Of a stretch of 48,391 nt of DNA, positions 40,697-48,391 are shown piece after piece. The stretch's first letter is position 1; every line of letters starts with the position of its first letter. Under the pieces are notes generated by a model. It was not told where the DNA came from, did no database searches, and saw nothing but the letters and a program-made list of their open reading frames with translations. The DNA is from Octopus sinensis (taxonomy: Eukaryota): assembly GCF_006345805.1 (NCBI RefSeq), contig NW_021834705.1, positions 1-48,391 on the forward strand, written 5' to 3'. The position numbers were made by a program, and so were the translations under genes.

Positions 40697-41104
40697 TCTC
40701 TTTTACTCTTTTACTTGTTTCAGTCATTTGACTGCGGCCATGCTGGAGCACCGCCTCTAGTCGAGCAAATCGACCCCGGGACTTATTCTTTGTAAGCCCA
40801 GTACTTATTCTATCGGTCTCTTTTGCCGAACTGCTAAGTGACGGGGACATAAACACACCGGCATCGGTTGTCAAGCAATGCTAGAGAGACAAACAGAGAC
40901 ACACAAACACATACACACACATATACATATATACATATATACGACAGGCTTCTTTCAGTTTCCGCCTACCAAATCCACTCACAAGGCATTGGTCGGCCCG
41001 GGGCTATAGCAGAAGACACTTGCCCAAGATGCCACGCAGTGGGACTGAACCCGGAACCATGTGGTTGGTTAGCAAGCTACTTACCACACAGCCGCTCCTG
41101 CGCC
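40697..41104 (-). mobile_element. Full-length family B SINE (tRNA-like head, internal microsatellite, (ttttactc) tail)
   Basis: Minus strand ggcgcaggagcggctgtgtggtaagtagc...ccgggttcagtccc...gaaacaagtaaaagagtaaaagag. Confidence 0.9.
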
Positions 41105-41911
41105 TTTTCCGCCCCTAAATTCCACCCCTAAATCGATACGGTTGCATATAGACCAAACTCAATCTATTGGAAACGAGGTATCTCATGCACAAACACCTTG
41201 CAATGACGCCTCGACGTGTTGTTCACCTTCATTCAGATGAGATTAAGATGTTTTAGCGATGCTGTGATTCGGTAATGTATAAAAATTTATCAGAATGAAA
41301 GCAGGTAATCAAAATGATACATACATGCATACACACCCTCACACACAGACACATACTGAAACACACACATATATGTATAGATATACGTGTATGTGCGTGC
41401 GTGCGTGTGTGTGTGTGTGAGTGTGTGTGATTCTTTCCTTCGCAACCTTGCAAGCAAGAAGGAGGTCGGTCGACTTAAACGCTAAATCACAAAGTGAAAA
41501 AGAAGCAATACATAAATAAGTCCGTGTATAAGTATGTATGTGAGTGTGATTGTGTGTGTGTGTGTGTGTGCGTGTGCGTGTGTGTGTGTGTGCTAGTGTG
41601 AGCATGTGGTAGTGAGAGTGTATGTTCTAATAAAAACAAAACAAAACGCAAATTTGGGGAAGATACACTATCAATAGTTTCTGACGGATTGTATTTTATA
41701 ATATATTTATAAATATTTATAATATATTTATTTGTAGGAACTGGAAAAATGCTTATTAGTGATTTAGATACGAAGAATTTCTTGTTGCTATTTTCCAAGG
41801 TAATTACTTCGGCAAACCGCAAGATAAAGAAAGTTCGGCTATACAATTCTGAAGCCAATCTTTTTCGTATACACACACACACACCACACACATATATATA
41901 TATATATATAT

Positions 41912-41952
<41 letters not shown>

Positions 41953-42072
41953 AAAATGTGTGAAATCCTTGGTACAGTTGGGTATATTTGAGAAAGAAAA
42001 AGAAAGACTTCACTGCCAGTTCTAATTAATTTAATTTTCTAATATTATAATATAATTTTAAAGTGTGGCTTA

Positions 42073-42200
42073 TAGATCTTGTAAGTTCTTTGTTATCTTC
42101 GATGGGGAGATTTTTTCAAGTTTGGTTTCTAGAGATCTTTTAAAAAGGAATCTTTAAAAAAGTTTCCGCATCGAAGTTACCAAAGAACTTACTAGATCTA
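42073..42200. repeat. 128-bp imperfect foldback
   Basis: tagatcttgtaagttctttgttatcttcgatggggaga versus the reverse complement of tttccgcatcgaagttaccaaagaacttactagatcta. Confidence 0.8.
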
Positions 42201-42292
42201 CGAACCCAGTTGTAAAATTAACTTATATTATTATTATGAGAAAATTAGATTAATTAGAACTATCAGTGAAGTCGTTCTTTTTCTTTTGAATT

Positions 42293-42348
<56 letters not shown>

Positions 42349-42574
42349 GCATTAAATTTAGAGGACTGACCACTAAAAAAATGGAACCCTATATGCTAGA
42401 TATAGCCGTCAAAATCGCCATTTTCCACGAAGAATGTGTTCTTAAGAAAAAATTCAGCGAAAAGCCAAAGTATAAAAATTTTGTATGTAAAAGAAAAAAA
42501 AAATTAATTTTCGGAATTTTAAAAAATATGCTGGTGCACTGGTTTAATTGATTAATATCAATTTCTACCCTTAT

Positions 42575-42616
<42 letters not shown>

Positions 42617-42631
42617 GATATATATATATAT

Positions 42632-42907
42632 AACTTATAAATAAAGGCAAACGAAAAATTTCTAACGACAAATATGCCGAAAATTGGACGTATTGTCCAT
42701 TTACCATTAATTTTTTTCCCAGTACGCACGCTACTCGAAAAAAATCGATCCGATGTGGTTTAAATGGAATTTTTTAGAGATTTCTGTCGGCCTTTTTTCG
42801 AGTAGCGTGCATACTGGGGAAAAAAATTATATGGTAAATGGACAATATGTCCAATTTTTGCCATATTTGCCATTAGAAGTTTTTTCGTTTGCCCCTATTT
42901 ATAAGTT
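42632..42907. mobile_element. Foldback/MITE with ~110-bp inverted arms
   Basis: aacttataaataaaggcaaacgaaaaa...gctactcgaaaaaa mirrored by ttttttcgagtagc...tttgcccctatttataagtt. Confidence 0.8.
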
Positions 42908-43085
42908 GTTTATAATTTAACCTTTAAAGGTATTTTTTAATATGCTGGGTATTGATAGAATTTTTTTTCGAAAAAATTTTATACTACATTAGATATATAT
43001 ATATGTATAATAATAATATTAGGAAGTAAATCCAAACTTACAGGGAAAAATTAAATTTAGGATTAAATCTAATTTTATAGTATAA

Positions 43086-43180
43086 ATATATATATTAAAT
43101 TAGAGATAAAACCACTATTAGGCAAATCAAACTGTTTGATTTGCCTAATAGTGGTTTTATCTCTAATTTAATATATATAT
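43086..43180. repeat. Perfect palindrome, 47-bp arms, 1-nt centre
   Basis: ...ttagagataaaaccactattaggcaaatcaaac-t-gtttgatttgcctaatagtggttttatctctaa... Confidence 0.95.
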
Positions 43181-43220
43181 GTATATTATATTTAATATAT
43201 ATATATATGTATATATATAT

Positions 43221-43271
<51 letters not shown>

Positions 43272-43405
43272 ATATATATATATATAATATATATATATAT
43301 ATTATATATATATATATTATATATATATTATATATATATATCATATATGTATGTATGTATGTATCTATGTATGCATGTATGTAGTATGGGTTGAAAGGTC
43401 AGATG

Positions 43406-43620
43406 TCAAGGCGTAAGGCAGTAACCCTGCACGATCAGTTTAACACCAATTTGTATATTGCGCACGCAACCCTTCATGAATGAAGAGAAGGTGGAAGTTT
43501 CAGTGTAGAAGTTGTTCGCCTCCAGGACAAGAACTGGTGTCAGCGTGGGATCAAAGGACAGGTAGAAAGGTGCACTCAGACTGTGCATCACGCTGGCTTC
43601 TGGTTTGAAGTCTCGGCCAC
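43406..43620 (-). other. Coding-like island (possible exon or pseudo-exon)
   Basis: Open frame SGRDFKPEASVMHSLSAPFYLSFD...FMKGCVRNIQIG with many C-ending codons in a GC-elevated patch; GCVRNIQI resembles the end of a laminin-G domain; no convincing splice sites. Confidence 0.3.
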
Positions 43621-43919
43621 TTTACTTGTACGCTGACGGATTATGCAGATAAGTTACGAAAATATTGGAACGTAATATTTCGGTAATACAAAGAATAAAA
43701 TCGTATACAAACACTTTTTATAGCAATAAATCTTTCTGCAAATATATTGCTTATCCATTACTGATCAAAAAATATCTAAATAATCGTTATGTTATCTTTT
43801 ATAAAATGTATAAAATCCTTATTTCTGTTTTAAGTATTATATTATTGTCCTTAGAATTTCGTTAGCATTAAATAATATTTCAGTTATTTATTTATAGCAA
43901 TTGAACAGAACTTCGAATT

Positions 43920-44115
43920 ATGTATGTATGTATGTATGTATGTATGTATGTATGTATGTATGTATGTATGTATGTATGTATGTATGTATGTATGCGTGTA
44001 TGTATGTATGTATGTATGTATGTATGTATGTATGTATGTATGTATGTATGTATGTCTGTATCTACATATGTATGTATGTGCGTACATATGCATGCTTGAA
44101 TGTATGTATGTATAT
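43920..44115. repeat. (TATG)n array
   Basis: Direct periodicity. Confidence 0.95.
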
Positions 44116-44688
44116 GTATGGTCTCTTGTATTTCGTAGATAATCGAAAAGGCAACAAGCTCGCAGAATGTTTAGTACGCTGGACAAAATACTTTATCTTA
44201 TTCATTGCTTTTGTTTTGGTCAGTTTGCTGAATAGAGTGTGTGGAAGAGAACCGTTATGTGCAAACTAATTGTCTTGGTGGTCAGGACCCTTCGCTATCA
44301 GGAAGGACCTTCTCAATACACCCGATTGTTGATAAATTGCATAAAGGAAGGAATCTTTAACTTGCTCACTTCTGTCCTACGTTGCCGTTCTGCTCCTTCG
44401 ATGAGTAATCCAGGAGATAGTTCGTTTCTCACCTGCTGCTTAATACAAAGAGAAGTGAAGATAAACAGCAAGTTATATGGATCATAACAATTAGCGCTGG
44501 GTTACCAGTAAAATATTTTACTTAGCCAACTGCAGTTTTATCTCAACGTACGGATTTCCAGGATTCTTAAACTCAATTAAATGTCATTCACTAATGCTAG
44601 GTTAATAATGAATAATTCTTATTGTGAGAAGATGTAATGTTATCAAAAGGGATTTTATATTCACAGTTCTATATTTAAGAGATGACGA

Positions 44689-44848
44689 ATTATTTACATT
44701 ATTTACAACTGACGGATATTTGTTCTCATCTTGTTTGCTGTCAACACAACGTTTCGGCTGATTTACACACCAACGTTCATCAGGTGTCTTGGGGAAATTT
44801 CGAACCTGGGTTCTCATTCCTAGGGTATTTTTCGTTATATTATTATTA

Positions 44849-44918
<70 letters not shown>

Positions 44919-45094
44919 CATTATTCAGGTCACTACCTGGAATCGAACTCGGAATCTTGTAGTTAGTAGCCCGCGCTCTTAACCACTATGCCATGTGCCC
45001 ACAGGCATATAGCTTTGTAGCTAAGAACGCGGGCTAATGACTCCAAAATTCCGAGTTCGATTCCAGGTAGTGACCTGAATAATGATGATGATGC

Positions 45095-45132
<38 letters not shown>

Positions 45133-45279
45133 TCGAAAAATACCTTAGGAATGAGAACCCAGGTTCGAAATTTCCCCAAGACACCTGGTGAAGGCTGGAA
45201 GGTATATCAGCTGAAACGTTGTGTTAACAACAAACAAGATGAGGACAAATATCTGTAAATTGTAAATAATGTAAATAAT
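44689..45279. mobile_element. 591-bp palindromic element: two divergent tRNA-like heads, (AAT)n spacers, one hammerhead motif per arm
   Basis: Arms 44689-44999 and 45004-45279 around a 4-nt centre; A box 44983-44993 (-), B boxes 44939-44950 (-) and 45053-45064 (+); hammerheads 44748-44783 (-) and 45185-45220 (+). Confidence 0.85.
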
Positions 45280-46554
45280 GATTTTATATTGTTTAATTCG
45301 AAGAGGAACACTATATTTTGTCGCCTTAAATGTAATGAGAGATGAGATTTTCTGTTTTATTAAACTTAATGGTACATAGAATGCTGCATCCTATTAAAAT
45401 TAGTGAAATATTGAGATTTTGCACATCTTTGATTCTAATGAGAATGAGAATGTTTGATAGTTAAATTGGTGAGAATTCTTGATGCTTAAATTGAATAACA
45501 TATGATATTATTTTCTCTTAAATTCAAATTCAACATGTTTGTAATATGGATGATAAAAATCTTTATTCAAAGGAAATTTGAAATATTTCCACCCATTTAA
45601 TTAATTGAGTATCACTCGTGTCAAGTTTCAATTTATTTATATTTTATGAACATGATTAAAGTTTGAACTCTGGATCAAGCGATATACATTCATAGATGTG
45701 CAATTCAACCTTAACCTTCAGCACTAAGTGTAGCTCTTAGGAACTGGTCCTTCCAAAAAGCACCTTAACATAGGTCTGCCCACTTTACCTGTCAATATCT
45801 TAATATGAAAATCATCAAACATGCCTTCTCCCATCACAATATTTATGGCACCTCAGTGTCATTAAGGCAGTGACACGAGGCAGGATTTGAACACAGATCC
45901 CCAACAGACATAACGAGACACCGCAAATCTCTTACAAGAAATAGACATAATCCAACCCCGAAAACACCAACTTGAATTGAGTCGTTTCTTTACGAACCCC
46001 AAGAGATGAGACGAAGGGCACGATTGATTGTAACAGGATTTGAAACCAAAGTGGAGATACCCAGAACTAATCTCGCAAACGATTTTAAAGAACTCGCTAA
46101 CCACTCAACCAGATAACCTAATATATAACTACATATACATTACAGAGCAAAGACAGAGAAATGAACAAAAGAAATACAAAGCCTAAGGAATTTGTCTGCA
46201 AATGGAAGCGACAAAAGTTGGCTTTCAACTTCGCAAATTCAGATTCTTTCAAAGTTAGAATCAGATGTGACTTGCAACATTTCTAGCATTTCTAGAAAAA
46301 GTTTTTCAAGTTTCAGAGTAGCAATAGGAATTGGTGCCAGATTCTACATTGAGCAGCAATGAAGTGGCAGCCCCTATAATGTACTTTCACTTTAGGGGTC
46401 ATTACGCAGGTAAACCCTGCCACTTACGACATTGAAATTTACAATGTTTGATACGTAATACGTATAATATAAATTCTTTCTCAAGTGGTTAACGTATTAC
46501 AAACACACACAGACACACACGCACACACACATATATATGTATGTATATATATAT

Positions 46555-46678
46555 CGCAGGAGTGGCTGTGTGGTAAGTAGCTTGCTTACCAACGACATGG
46601 TTCCTTAGACAAGTGTCTTCTACTTCACAAAGCCTTGTGAGTGGATTTGGTAGACGGAAACTGAAAGAAGCCTGTCGT
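46555..46678 (+). mobile_element. Family B SINE 5' half with internal deletion
   Basis: cgcaggagtggctgtgtggtaagtagcttgc...gccttgtgagtggatttggtagacgg. Confidence 0.8.
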
Positions 46679-46698
46679 ATATATGTACACATACATAC

Positions 46699-46745
<47 letters not shown>

Positions 46746-46886
46746 GCCTATATACCTATATATATCCATAACGCACATATAGAAGCATACATGAAGAGAC
46801 AGGCAGATTGATATGCAGATATTTAAAATAGAGGTATATCCATATATTCACATCATATATATAATATTCATGTATATAAATTCAGA

Positions 46887-46947
<61 letters not shown>

Positions 46948-47711
46948 GTACAAAGATCAATTGTATTGTACAAATGTATAATATAGATGCTTGTTTTACA
47001 TGCATAATGGATTTTTAGAGAGCTTATTATGTGTGGAGATATATTTATGAATGTATGAATATATATGACACATCCACACACACATCCACACACATACCCA
47101 CACACGCACACATATAGACATTAATATACTCATAGGTGTGTATAACGGTACATCTATCAATAAAAGTCCCTGTAATCGTGTCTTCCTGTGTGCATGCCCG
47201 TGCGTGCGTGCGTGTGTGTGTGTGTGTGTGCGTGTAATCGATATGCATGTAAGACAGTTATCATGCGTTAATGACAAAAGATCTTGTCTAACACGAATCA
47301 ATAACAGGAATCAATCGACAAAATAGTTCCCGAGATGTCAACCCACCCACTAAACAGCTTTTCTACACACGGATATAGATAATGATCACAAAAAATATAT
47401 TACACACACACACAAAGGCACACACGCAGACATGCACACACATACACGCACACGCACGCGTGCACATACACAGAGGAACTCATTTGAACATCTTTATATA
47501 TGTTTATGTGCTTGTGTCCATGTGTGCGTGTGTGTGTGTGCGCGTATGCATATATATATGTGTACATATACATATATTATATATATATATATATATCTAT
47601 ATATATATATATATATATATAACACACACATATGTTTGTATATATATTTAATGAACTAAACGGCTTCAGTCGAGCTAAATTTTTGTGTCAGGACATTTGT
47701 GAAGGCCTCCA

Positions 47712-47761
<50 letters not shown>

Positions 47762-47954
47762 ACACACACACACACACCACAGAGGCATGCATGTATGTAT
47801 GAATACCAGTTTATCAACTTTCATCTTGCATTTTTTCTGACGAGTGAATGTTAGAAGTATTTAAGAATTTAAGAAACGATTTAATTTCTTTTCTTTACAG
47901 TACGGAACCATTAAAGCATAAGGAACTCAACAACAACAAAAACAACAACGATTT

Positions 47955-48085
47955 GAAGCCCTTAACCTCAAATTTGCGAAGGGTTATCGCGGCATTCAGC
48001 GATCCGAGTACTTCATGTTATATAACTGCATCGACCCCGGAATGGCAAAAGCTCAGATTTTCGTGGGAAAAGTTTTAGCCAATTA
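47955..48085 (-). mobile_element. Old family A SINE fragment
   Basis: agtacttcatgttatataactgcatcgaccccggaatggcaaaagc. Confidence 0.5.
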
Positions 48086-48391
48086 AGTACATTCCCACCA
48101 CTCGAATGTTATTTTGATTCATCTCTCTTACATGTATAAATGGTAAGAATTCCTGTAAAATTGCGGGATTTTAAAGTAAAAGGAAGTGATGGAATGAAAT
48201 AAAATAAAAACATTGGAACTGTTTGTGCTGAAGGATTTGTGAAACTTTCTAAAGACTGTGCGAGTGCAACGCCTCGTAACAACAGTTAGAAATAAAGTTG
48301 ATCAAAGAATTTTAAAACTGGCATACAAACTTCGAAGTCACTGCCACCCCTGTTTTTGTAAAAGTATGATAGTAATATACATACATATATA

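Noticed and set aside
46260-46360. hAT dimerisation-like peptide LAPIPIATLKLEKLF on the minus strand
   Set aside because: Similarity to the SERxFS motif is too weak to call
47838-47885. CTGACGA...GAAAC spacing
   Set aside because: No stem II closing pair, no stem III or stem I

Overview
Eukaryotic, AT-rich, almost entirely non-coding DNA (intergenic or intronic). It is packed with compound microsatellites ((TA)n, (GATA)n, (AAT)n, (CA)n, (TATG)n) and several tRNA-headed SINE families. This landscape most resembles an octopod cephalopod (Octopus) genome; that is inference from remembered repeat families, not a search. No complete protein-coding gene is supported, and almost all ORFs in the track are microsatellite read-throughs. 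Recognisable protein remnants are all transposon-derived: a Penelope-like GIY-YIG fragment (6820-7748, -), an RTE-type LINE 3' end with two C2H2 fingers (27730-28005, -) and a Tc1 transposase C-terminus (34598-34985, +). A small Helitron and several foldback/MITE elements are also present. The main hidden signal is RNA-structural: about a dozen type-I hammerhead-ribozyme-like motifs from at least seven sequence families, most in short elements abutting (TA)n. They include two canonical-core ribozymes with long stem II and GUC sites, a U3-A8 covariant one behind the Penelope ORF, and a recurrent CUGUAGA variant. The most striking is a 591-bp palindromic element of two head-to-head tRNA-like Pol III units, each running terminator-free into a hammerhead. 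Four frame-preserving + strand exon candidates (24, 6, 24, 135 nt) and one coding-like island (43406-43620, -) are weaker leads. Ribozyme activity, family identities and splicing are untested predictions.
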